Assembly (NCBI GenBank): GCA_964401485.1
Contig: CAYNYL010000003.1
Coordinates: forward strand, 18,365 to 82,364
Length of the DNA stretch: 64,000 nucleotides
Direction of reading: 5' to 3'
Source of the DNA: an uncultured Gammaproteobacteria bacterium
Lineage (GTDB): Bacteria > Patescibacteriota > Patescibacteriia > UBA9934
Shown here: piece by piece, positions 9,776-17,786 of the stretch
How the letters are laid out: each line of letters starts with the position of its first letter
Numbering within the stretch: the stretch's first letter is position 1
Position numbers and translations under genes: made by a program
The notes under the pieces: model-generated
What the model was told of the DNA's origin: nothing
Seen by the model: only the letters and a program-made list of their open reading frames with translations
Database searches by the model: none

Positions 9776-10399
9776 ATGACCCAGATCATGACCCCATCGA
9801 AGACCACGACCGACGGCCAGATCATCAAGGCCACCGCGAACTTCCGAGCCATGCTCGAGAAGCATGCGGGGGAGTTCTCCGCCGATGCCGTGCAAACGGT
9901 GCTCGGCGATCCGGGACTTGCTGGCGAGATGCTCGCGGTGCTTCGTAGACGTGTCGAGGCCATCTCGAACATCATCGTTCGCAAGGTCACGGTGAATCGC
10001 ACCCGCTCCGCGCAGGATGCCCTCAAGGCCACGGGTCGTGTCATGTACACAGACTCCGCAGTCGTGGAAGCGGTGCCGAGCGGCGAGGGCGAGGAGGCGG
10101 AGATCTGCCTCTTCAAGCTCGACCTGTCGAAGCGCGGCGGATGGATCTCGGATGACGATCTCGAGAAAGAGTTCGATCTCCGAGGCCTGAAGCCCGTCGA
10201 CCCGTTCGCGCTCGCTGCGCTGAACGAGGCCGATCCGGCCTTCGCTGACGAGAAGCCGAACGCGACCCACTGGAAGGATGTGCAGGGCGACTGGTGCTAT
10301 GCGGTCTTCTACGGGTGGTTCGGCGAGCGCCGGGTTTCTGTCAACCGTCACGACTACGATTGGTACGGCAGCTGCTGGTTCGCCGGCGTCCGCAAGTAG
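9776..10399 (+). CDS. DGR target (variable) protein with C-terminal VR
   Basis: 3' 106 bp match the TR with adenine-specific differences; C-terminus WCYAVFYGWFGERRVSVNRHDYDWYGSCWFAGVRK fits a C-type-lectin-like VR. Confidence 0.92.
   Translation: MTQIMTPSKTTTDGQIIKATANFRAMLEKHAGEFSADAVQTVLGDPGLAGEMLAVLRRRVEAISNIIVRKVTVNRTRSAQDALKATGRVMYTDSAVVEAVPSGEGEEAEICLFKLDLSKRGGWISDDDLEKEFDLRGLKPVDPFALAALNEADPAFADEKPNATHWKDVQGDWCYAVFYGWFGERRVSVNRHDYDWYGSCWFAGVRK
10290..10395 (+). repeat. DGR variable region (VR)
   Basis: Ungapped match to 10724-10829 (offset 434); 18 mismatches, 17 at TR adenines; identical GC-rich 3' end CTGGTTCGCCGGCGTCCGCAA. The 5' boundary may be 10295. Confidence 0.95.
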
Positions 10400-10449
10400 C
10401 CCTTCGCTCTCGAGTTCTAGGGGCTTTTGTCCCTTTGGACTTAGCTCTT

Positions 10450-10488
10450 GGCCCCGTTCCGATTCCTCGGGACGGGGCCTGTGTTTTT
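10450..10488 (+). terminator. GC-rich hairpin downstream of VR (terminator and/or DGR target-recognition hairpin)
   Basis: GGCCCCGTTCCGA-ttcc-TCGGGACGGGGCC then TGTGTTTTT. Confidence 0.7.
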
Positions 10489-10723
10489 CAAATTAAGTTA
10501 TAATAACTTTGGTAGTAGGTGAGTAGGCGAACGGTCAAGGCTTTTCGCTACCGAATCCAGTATCCATGCGTTTCGAGTATTCGCGGCTATGGTTTCGAAT
10601 AGAGTGTCGCATGCAGACTCTTCAAAAATGAAGCTACTTGGTACGGGATTTTATGGTATTGTGATGCCGAATGCGATTCAGCTTCGAGAAATTCTAGGGG
10701 CGGTGGCACAGAAGGAATCCTGT

Positions 10724-10829
10724 ACAAATGCTATGCGATCTTCAACAGGTGGAACGGCGAGCGCCAGGTCAATGTCAACCGTAACGACAACGATTGGAAC
10801 GACAACTACTGGTTCGCCGGCGTCCGCAA
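10724..10829 (+). repeat. DGR template repeat (TR)
   Basis: Intergenic copy of VR with 31 adenines; eight AAC/AAT codons in the VR frame (FNRWNGERQVNVNRNDNDWNDNYWFAGVR). Confidence 0.95.
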
Positions 10830-10835
10830 CTCGCT

Positions 10836-11237
10836 TCATTTCTCTCCGGCGTTTGTCGGAGAGTTTTGTTTGGTGAGTTGGCCGTTCCAACCGCCCAGCA
10901 TTTTGCCGACCTCATCTAGTTTGATCGAAAGAGCGATATATTTCTTATTGTCGAGCGACTTTGTCTCCCAGAGAATTAAAATCAGGACGCGTAGAGTGTC
11001 CATCTTTTTAATAGCGAGGCGCACATAAGGGTGCTTTTCGATAGGTGAGAGAAAACTGGCGGCAGATAGCGCTTCTATCGTCTCAATGAATAAAATGTCG
11101 ACCCGCTGACCGAGCGAGTGTCGGTGAGTCTTTGGGAGTTCGCGGTGATAGTTGTGCCAAATGATGTAGGACTCCTTGGTTTTACTTAGGACTGGCAAAA
11201 TTTTGTAAGGGGGGGGTACTATAGGGGTACGATTCAT
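10836..11237 (-). CDS. avd: DGR accessory variability determinant (Avd, four-helix bundle)
   Basis: 133 aa basic helical protein; LPKTHRHSLGQRV and EVGKMLGGW motifs typical of Avd; lies between TR and RT. Confidence 0.88.
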   Translation of the reverse strand: MNRTPIVPPPYKILPVLSKTKESYIIWHNYHRELPKTHRHSLGQRVDILFIETIEALSAASFLSPIEKHPYVRLAIKKMDTLRVLILILWETKSLDNKKYIALSIKLDEVGKMLGGWNGQLTKQNSPTNAGEK

Positions 11238-12224
11238 ATGCGTTTTGATTGTCCTTATGATGATATCATTTTAGTCGAAAATCTTCTTGAGGCATGGAAA
11301 GAATTTGTTCGGGGAAAGCGGTCGCGAGAGGATATCTTGCGGTTCGAGCGGGACCTCATGGGAAATATTCTTTTGCTTCACGATGAACTTAAAGCGAAGA
11401 CTTACACCCACTCCCCGTATCACCACTTTAAAATCACGGATCCAAAATTAAGGGATATTCACAAGGCTTCTGTTCGGGATCGGCTTTTACATCACGCGAT
11501 TCACCGTAAGTTGTCTCCCTTTTTTGAGAAACGATTTATTTCGGATTCGTATTCTTGCCAGAATGACAAAGGAACGCATCGTGCTTTACGGCGATTTAGA
11601 AAATTTGTAAACAAATGCTCTAAAAACTCAACGAAGACGGTTTGGGTTTTAAAATGCGATATTCGGAAGTTTTTTGCGAGCATCGATCAAAGGAGACTGC
11701 TGACGATCTTGGAAAGGACGATTGAAGATAAGGAATTACTTTGGCTGATTGCTCGGGTTGTTCGAAGTTTTTATGTTACGACCCCGGGTATCGGACTACC
11801 GCTCGGCAACCTCACCTCGCAACTATTTGTGAATGTGTATATGAACGAATTTGACCGGTTTGTAAAACATCATCTAAAGGCTCGCTACTATATTCGCTAT
11901 GCGGATGATTTCGTTGTGCTTGATACCGATCGTTTTAAATTGATCGAGACGCTGTTGAAAATGAACACATTTCTTAATGAAGAGTTGGAACTGTCACTTC
12001 ATCCGAATAAGACGTTTATCCAAACCGTCGCGTCAGGTGTGGATTTTCTTGGGTGGGTACATTTTTCTGATCATCGCGTCGTTCGTGGCACAACAAAACG
12101 GAGAATGCTTTCTAAGCTTCGGGATGGTGTGAAAAATGAAACACTACAGTCGTATCTTGGACATTTACGGCATGGAAATAGTCGGAAATTACTCGCGATA
12201 CTTCAAGATCGATTTATTTCTTGA
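11238..12224 (+). CDS. DGR-type reverse transcriptase
   Basis: 328 aa; DPKLRDI, RDRLLHHA, KGTHRA, LKCDIRKFFASID, GLPLGNLTSQ (DGR SQ motif), YIRYADDF, GVDFLG; no maturase or endonuclease domain. Confidence 0.95.
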   Translation: MRFDCPYDDIILVENLLEAWKEFVRGKRSREDILRFERDLMGNILLLHDELKAKTYTHSPYHHFKITDPKLRDIHKASVRDRLLHHAIHRKLSPFFEKRFISDSYSCQNDKGTHRALRRFRKFVNKCSKNSTKTVWVLKCDIRKFFASIDQRRLLTILERTIEDKELLWLIARVVRSFYVTTPGIGLPLGNLTSQLFVNVYMNEFDRFVKHHLKARYYIRYADDFVVLDTDRFKLIETLLKMNTFLNEELELSLHPNKTFIQTVASGVDFLGWVHFSDHRVVRGTTKRRMLSKLRDGVKNETLQSYLGHLRHGNSRKLLAILQDRFIS

Positions 12225-12867
12225 GAAATGGCCAGTCGGGTTTTGCTTCGAGGGTGATCCGTTCGTCGCCGACGACGGTGGTAAAGGAAAGTTTGTGGGC
12301 GAAGAGGGCGATTTGGCGACCGATGTCTTTGTTCGCGCCGTATTTTTTGTCGCCGACGATTGGGGTTTTGAGGGACTTCATTGCTACGCGGATTTGGTGT
12401 GAGCGTCCCGTAATCGGTTTCACTTCGACAAGCGAAATGCCGTCCTTTGTAGAGAGGGTTTTGTAGGTCAGCTCCGCGTACTTCGATCCCGGGACTTCCG
12501 TATTGTGGTAGGTTGCGAGATTTGTTCGCTTATTCTTTGAGAGCCAGTGTTTTACCGAGCCTTCTTTCGGTTCGGGAGTGCCCTCGACGGCCGCGAGATA
12601 GATTTTCTCAACGGTCCTTAGGCGGAACTGTTCGGAAAGACGCGTCGCGCCTTTTGATGTTTTTGCGAAAAGAACAATACCGCCGACCGGTCGGTCTAGG
12701 CGATGAACGAGGCCAAGGAATACCGCGCCCGGCTTTTGGTACTTCTCTTTAAGATAGTCTTTGACCATGTCCATTAAGGACGGATCGCCGGTTTTATCGC
12801 CCTGGACCGGAATCCCTGCCGGCTTTACGACGGCGATGGCATGGTTATCCTCGAAAAGAATGATCAT
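12214..12867 (-). CDS. RluA-family pseudouridine synthase
   Basis: KPAG, VHRLDRPVGG, TGRSHQIR, PIVGDKKYG. Confidence 0.93.
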   Translation of the reverse strand: MIILFEDNHAIAVVKPAGIPVQGDKTGDPSLMDMVKDYLKEKYQKPGAVFLGLVHRLDRPVGGIVLFAKTSKGATRLSEQFRLRTVEKIYLAAVEGTPEPKEGSVKHWLSKNKRTNLATYHNTEVPGSKYAELTYKTLSTKDGISLVEVKPITGRSHQIRVAMKSLKTPIVGDKKYGANKDIGRQIALFAHKLSFTTVVGDERITLEAKPDWPFLKK

Positions 12868-13700
12868 AGTACAAGACGGATCGTAATCCCTCCCGGAACG
12901 ACAAAGGCGCGGTCGGTTTCTTCCGTGAGGTGGAGCTCAACCGACTCGATACTTTCGACTTTGCCGAAGACGTCGCGCGCGGTTTGCTCGACAACCGTTT
13001 GTGAAAATCCCATCGAATAGGCGTTGATAAGGACGCGCGAGCCCTTTTTCGTAACCCTCTTGACAGCGACAAGGAGCGCGCGGAAATGATCCTCAAACTG
13101 CCAGACCTCTTTATTTGGCCCACGACCAAAGGCCGGTGGGTCCATCACAACGACGTCGTACAGGTTGCCACGGCGACCTTCACGTTCAATGAATTTCATC
13201 GCGTCGTCCTCAATCCAGCGCACGGGTTTCTCGATAAGCCCGGAGAGCTCGGCGTTTTTCTTCGCGCCAAGGATTGCCGGCTTACTCGCGTCAACGTGAA
13301 CGACTTCCGCTCCCGCTGAAAGTCCCGCGAGCGTCGCTCCTCCCGTGTAGCCGAAGAGATTGAGCATTTTCATTCCCGGGCGAACGTGATCTTTAAGATA
13401 GCGCCAGTTGTGTGACTGCTCCGGGAAGATGCCAACATGCTTAAACGAGTAAAGCTTGAGGCCAAAAACGAGGTCGTCAAACGCCACACGCCAATCCTCG
13501 CCCGGTTTTTTCGCCGTCTTCCAATCGCCGTCTTCACCCTTTTGCACAAACTCAATATCGGCCGATTTCCAAGCATTTGGGTCATTTTTCGCCCAAAGAG
13601 CTTGCGGTTCGGGCCTCGCGACAATGAACCGACCGAAGCGCTCGAGTTTGTAGCGGTCGCCGGAGTCAAGAAGGGCGTAAGAGTTCGACATATGGTTCAA
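12864..13700 (-). CDS. Class I SAM-dependent methyltransferase (RlmI/RlmK-like)
   Basis: LLDSG..KLERFG, LNLFGYTGG, HVDAS, MDPPAFGRG. Confidence 0.88.
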   Translation of the reverse strand: MNHMSNSYALLDSGDRYKLERFGRFIVARPEPQALWAKNDPNAWKSADIEFVQKGEDGDWKTAKKPGEDWRVAFDDLVFGLKLYSFKHVGIFPEQSHNWRYLKDHVRPGMKMLNLFGYTGGATLAGLSAGAEVVHVDASKPAILGAKKNAELSGLIEKPVRWIEDDAMKFIEREGRRGNLYDVVVMDPPAFGRGPNKEVWQFEDHFRALLVAVKRVTKKGSRVLINAYSMGFSQTVVEQTARDVFGKVESIESVELHLTEETDRAFVVPGGITIRLVL

Positions 13701-13810
13701 ATCATAGCGAACATTGACGAAAATGCCAAAAAATGCTAGTATTTAGCCATTGACTCGACCTTGGTTGCATTAGCGACATGAAAGAAGGATCGTGTCGCTA
13801 AAATTCAATT

Positions 13811-15133
13811 ATGCATCCACAAGATGAACAAAAGCCAAGCTTTTCTACGCTTGGATTGTCCCCGAAATTGCTCGAGAAACTAACGAAGCTTGGATTTACT
13901 ACCCCTACGCCGATTCAGGCGAAGGCGATTCCTGTCGCTCTAGAAGGGAAGGATATCATTGGTATCGCGCAAACCGGAACGGGAAAAACGTTCGCGTTTT
14001 CGCTTCCGATGATGCAGGCGATTGCCCGCGAGAAGAAGATTGGACTTGTCCTTCTTCCGACCCGCGAGCTCGCGCTTCAAGTTGAAGAAGAGATTATGAA
14101 AGTTGGTGGAAGCCTCGGCGTAAAGACTGCGGTCTTGATCGGAGGAGCGTCGATGTACCTCCAAACGCAAAAACTCCGTGCGCGACCACATATTATTATC
14201 GCAACCCCTGGACGTTTGATCGACCATCTCGAGCAGAAAAATGTTTCGCTTGCGGGACTTGGAGTTCTTGTTCTCGACGAAGCGGACCGCATGCTTGATA
14301 TGGGATTCGCTCCGCAAATTAACCGTATTCTTGAAAACGCTCCAACGGAGCGACAAACACTTCTTTTCTCGGCGACGATGCCACCGGAAATTTTGACGAT
14401 GACAAAGAAGTACATGAAGTCGCCGGAGCGTGTCGAGATCGAGCGTGCGGGAACGGCGGGATCAACGATTACGCAATCTGGATATGCCGTTGAAAAGCAA
14501 GATAAGGCGAAGCTTCTTCATCATGTTTTGAAGACAACCGAAGGAACGACGCTCGTGTTCACACGAACAAAGCACGGTGCGCGAAAGCTTAGCGACGTGC
14601 TTAACCAAATTGGTCACCGCAGTGCGGAGATCCACTCGAACCGTTCGCTTGCGCAACGTAAGGAAGCGCTTGCTGGGTTCAAGTCTGGAAAGTATCGAAC
14701 GCTTATTGCGACCGATATTGCTTCGCGCGGAATCGACGTAAACAATATCCGACTTGTCGTTAACTTCGACTTGCCGGAACATGCTGACGATTACATTCAC
14801 CGTATTGGACGAACTGGACGTGCTGGAAAGGACGGTCACGCGATTTCGTTCGTCTCTCGAGATGAGCGACGCGGACTTCGAAATATCGAGCGCTTGATGC
14901 GACGACAACTTGATATTAAGCCAACACCAAAACTCGAAGATCTTCCGTCCTACCGAAAGCCGGAACACCAAGAGCACGGATTTCAAACGGGTGGTCACCG
15001 AGGGCAGCCTCGAGGACGCGAGTCACGTAGCGGTCGGCCGGAAGGCTACCGTGCGGATCGCGGACCACGCGGATTCGGAACGCGCGCGCGACGCCCTGCG
15101 TCCCGCTCACGCTCCGCTCACCGTTCAGCCTAA
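13811..15133 (+). CDS. DEAD-box RNA helicase
   Basis: Q motif PTPIQ, AQTGTGKT, PTRELA, DEAD, SAT, HRIGRTGRAG, Arg/Gly-rich tail. Confidence 0.96.
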   Translation: MHPQDEQKPSFSTLGLSPKLLEKLTKLGFTTPTPIQAKAIPVALEGKDIIGIAQTGTGKTFAFSLPMMQAIAREKKIGLVLLPTRELALQVEEEIMKVGGSLGVKTAVLIGGASMYLQTQKLRARPHIIIATPGRLIDHLEQKNVSLAGLGVLVLDEADRMLDMGFAPQINRILENAPTERQTLLFSATMPPEILTMTKKYMKSPERVEIERAGTAGSTITQSGYAVEKQDKAKLLHHVLKTTEGTTLVFTRTKHGARKLSDVLNQIGHRSAEIHSNRSLAQRKEALAGFKSGKYRTLIATDIASRGIDVNNIRLVVNFDLPEHADDYIHRIGRTGRAGKDGHAISFVSRDERRGLRNIERLMRRQLDIKPTPKLEDLPSYRKPEHQEHGFQTGGHRGQPRGRESRSGRPEGYRADRGPRGFGTRARRPASRSRSAHRSA

Positions 15134-15140
15134 ATATAAC

Positions 15141-15168
15141 AAGAGGCGCCCTTTGCGGGCGTCTTTTG
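15141..15168 (+). terminator. Intrinsic terminator
   Basis: AAGAGGCGCCC-tttgc-GGGCGTCTTTT. Confidence 0.7.
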
Positions 15169-15322
15169 TGTTTTGGCGGGGTGAGGGTCTCCCGGGTGAA
15201 GGAGGGGATGTGGTCACAGATGTTGTAAAAACATGCAAATTTCCCAACAAAACAGGGCATATTTTTAAGATCTGTGACCGCATGGTCGGTTTGAACAGGA
15301 GGGATATACCAGGGATCTGTAT

Positions 15323-15351
15323 TTGACGGCGCGGGTAAAAAATGCTATATT
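15323..15351 (+). promoter_or_regulatory. Sigma70 promoter
   Basis: TTGACG, 17 bp, TATATT with TGn extension. Confidence 0.7.
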
Positions 15352-15483
15352 GTAAGGTCGCACTTTGCGATAGGAGGTGAGCCATGATCCACATGACGTA
15401 GCGAGCGCATTTACCGTCAGCGCGCTCCAAACGTAAGAGCATGAGGCTCCCATGTTGGTGCGCATGCACCAACAGGAGACCTA

Positions 15484-15858
15484 ATGATCTACATCCATCA
15501 AGTTCAGTGTCACGCCCTCGAGGAATTCTCGGCGGGATTCGAAGCCCTTCCCAAGTCGCGGGCGTACTGGTTACGCCACGAGCTTAGGGAGAAGGTGCGC
15601 GAGGTAACTCTTGAGCGAACGGATCCGTATCCGTGCATCGAGGACTTCGTCCTTGCGTCCCTCGTTCCGGAGTGCGAAGCGTCCTGCTACGCATTCGCAA
15701 ACGGGACGGGGGTCGGTATCACCGTTCGGTACAGCGATGCGGAACTCGCGCAGATTGACGAGGCGCTTCTGTGGCGACTCCGACTTCTGCGAAAAGTACC
15801 GCTCAATCTCTGTCCGGAGTGGTGGATGGTGCGCGATACCATCCTGACGCTCACGTAA
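15484..15858 (+). CDS. Hypothetical protein
   Basis: 124-aa ORF with AGGAG SD, upstream promoter and downstream hairpin. Confidence 0.6.
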   Translation: MIYIHQVQCHALEEFSAGFEALPKSRAYWLRHELREKVREVTLERTDPYPCIEDFVLASLVPECEASCYAFANGTGVGITVRYSDAELAQIDEALLWRLRLLRKVPLNLCPEWWMVRDTILTLT

Positions 15859-15907
15859 ACCTCGCCCCACCGACGAACATCCCATCGATGTGTCGGTGGG
15901 GTGTTTG

Positions 15908-16816
15908 TTATTCGGGCTTTACGATTTTGGCGATGAAAAATCCTTCGGATTGTTCTGACGGGAGGACGGTAATTGTTTGATTGGCGGTCTTGCGGGCGTT
16001 TGCGATTTGGGGGTCGATCGGTGACGACTTGAGTTCGGGAAATTCTGATAATAGCCAGGAGATCATTTCTTCATTTTCCTCGGGGGCAAGGGTGCAAGTC
16101 GAATAGACGAGGGTCCCGCCTGGTTTAAGTACCTGGACGGCGCCACGTAATAGACGCCGTTGAAGTTTCGCATGTGTTGCGATATTTTTTTCATTCCAGA
16201 ATTTGTAGGACCGAGGATCATGCAAATTAATCCGGCCTTCGGCGGAACAGGGAACATCCGCAAGGATTTTATCGAAGCGGAGGTCGGTGTGTTTCGTCCA
16301 AAGAGTTGCATCGGTGTGAATCGCGGTGACGCTTGTGGCGCGTTGTACCTTTAAGCTATTTTCAAGGCGCTCGAAACGAATCACGTTTTCCTCGAGCGCA
16401 GCGATATGCGCTTGGTTCCCGGTGAGACTCGCGATCTGCGTCGTCTTACTTCCAGGTGCTGCGCAAAGATCAAGAATCGTCTCGCCTGGCTTTGGATCAA
16501 GAATAAGGGGCGGGATCATTGAAGAAAGGCCCTGGAGATAGATCGCTCCGGATTTTGCGAGAGGATGCGCGAGGAGTTCTTGGCTCGTTCGATTTTTAAT
16601 ACGAAACGCATGTGGAATATCCTTTACGCGCTCGAACTGGATCGCGCTTTCGCGAAGCGCACCCATAACCGCGTTGTCGTTTGATTTAAGCGTATTAACC
16701 CGAAAACTCGGCAGGCGCTCGGTATCGAATGCCCGAAGTATTTGTGTAAATATTGAAAGGCCAAACTGCCGTTTTAGGCGCTCGGCGAGAGGCTCTGGAA
16801 GGGAGGGGCGTGCCAC
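15908..16816 (-). CDS. RsmB/RsmF/NOP2 m5C RNA methyltransferase
   Basis: FRVNTLK, LDLCAAPGSKT, DVPCSAEG, YSTCTLAPEENE. Confidence 0.93.
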   Translation of the reverse strand: MARPSLPEPLAERLKRQFGLSIFTQILRAFDTERLPSFRVNTLKSNDNAVMGALRESAIQFERVKDIPHAFRIKNRTSQELLAHPLAKSGAIYLQGLSSMIPPLILDPKPGETILDLCAAPGSKTTQIASLTGNQAHIAALEENVIRFERLENSLKVQRATSVTAIHTDATLWTKHTDLRFDKILADVPCSAEGRINLHDPRSYKFWNEKNIATHAKLQRRLLRGAVQVLKPGGTLVYSTCTLAPEENEEMISWLLSEFPELKSSPIDPQIANARKTANQTITVLPSEQSEGFFIAKIVKPE

Positions 16817-16855
16817 ATTGATTCGTTAACGTGATTAGTATATCATAGGGCAACT

Positions 16856-17785
16856 ATGATAACGGTGGAAAACATCAAGAAAAGCTTTAAATCATTTGAA
16901 GCCCTCAAGGGCATTGACCTTCACGTTGAAAAAGGGAAGGTGATGGCGCTTCTTGGTCCAAACGGTGCGGGTAAAACGACGCTTGTACGGATCATGTCGA
17001 CGCTCCTTAAACCGGATTCAGGAGAGATCATGATTAACGGAATCGACGCGCTTAAGGATGAGACGAAGCTTCGAAAGTCGATTGGACTTACCGGTCAGTA
17101 TTCGGCCGTTGACGAAGGGCTTACGGGGTATGAAAACCTCGTCATGTTCGGACGTCTTTATCATCTTTCAAAGGCGGACGCGCATAAACGAGCGGTCGAG
17201 CTTCTCGAGGATTTTTCACTCACCGAGGCGGCGCACCGTTTCGCAAAAACCTATTCGGGAGGGATGCGACGACGCCTTGATCTTGCGGCGAGCCTTATCG
17301 TTCATCCGCCGGTCATTTTCCTTGACGAGCCGACGACGGGACTCGACCCAGCGGCACGCCAGGAGCTTTGGCAAGTGATTAAGAAACTCGTTGCGGACGG
17401 TGCGACAGTTCTTCTCACGACGCAGTATCTAGAAGAGGCGGACTATCTTGCGGACACGATTACGGTTATTAACCACGGCGAAATTATCGCGCAAGGAACG
17501 GCCGACGAACTTAAGCGACAGATGGGTGGAAGCGTTCTTGAGGTGACGATTAAGCAGGCTGACAAGGTCGTGGAGGCAAAGGCGATTCTTGAGGCGACGA
17601 TTGGAGGAGTTGCGCGCATCGAGGAAGAGCACCGTCATTTGCAGATCGATATTGAAGGCGACGCCGATCTTCTCGTTGGGGTCATTAAAGCCTTCGACGA
17701 AAAGGAGATTTCGATTTCTGACATTCAGCTTCGACGCCCGACGCTCGACGATGTGTTTATCAAGCTTACGAGTAAAAAAGCGTAA
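16856..17785 (+). CDS. ABC exporter ATP-binding subunit (DrrA-like)
   Basis: GPNGAGKTT, YSGGMRRR, LDEPTTGLD. Confidence 0.93.
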   Translation: MITVENIKKSFKSFEALKGIDLHVEKGKVMALLGPNGAGKTTLVRIMSTLLKPDSGEIMINGIDALKDETKLRKSIGLTGQYSAVDEGLTGYENLVMFGRLYHLSKADAHKRAVELLEDFSLTEAAHRFAKTYSGGMRRRLDLAASLIVHPPVIFLDEPTTGLDPAARQELWQVIKKLVADGATVLLTTQYLEEADYLADTITVINHGEIIAQGTADELKRQMGGSVLEVTIKQADKVVEAKAILEATIGGVARIEEEHRHLQIDIEGDADLLVGVIKAFDEKEISISDIQLRRPTLDDVFIKLTSKKA

Positions 17786-17786
17786 T

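Larger units (their letters stand above)
9612..12224. mobile_element. Diversity-generating retroelement cassette (target-VR, TR, avd, RT)
   Basis: All four core components present within 2.6 kb. Confidence 0.93.

Noticed and set aside
9712-10351. Minus-strand ORFs over the DGR target
   Set aside because: Shadow ORFs; the plus frame places the TR AAY codons in frame.
10290-10829. VR/TR pair as CRISPR array or ordinary duplication
   Set aside because: Only two copies, and mismatches are almost exclusively at adenines.
10589-10890. ORFs 10589-10876 (+) and 10678-10890 (-) spanning the TR
   Set aside because: No SD or recognisable protein; better explained as the non-coding TR RNA.
11238-12224. 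RT as group II intron, retron or CRISPR-associated RT
   Set aside because: No maturase or Cas1 domain; has the SQ motif, an adjacent Avd and an A-specific TR/VR pair.
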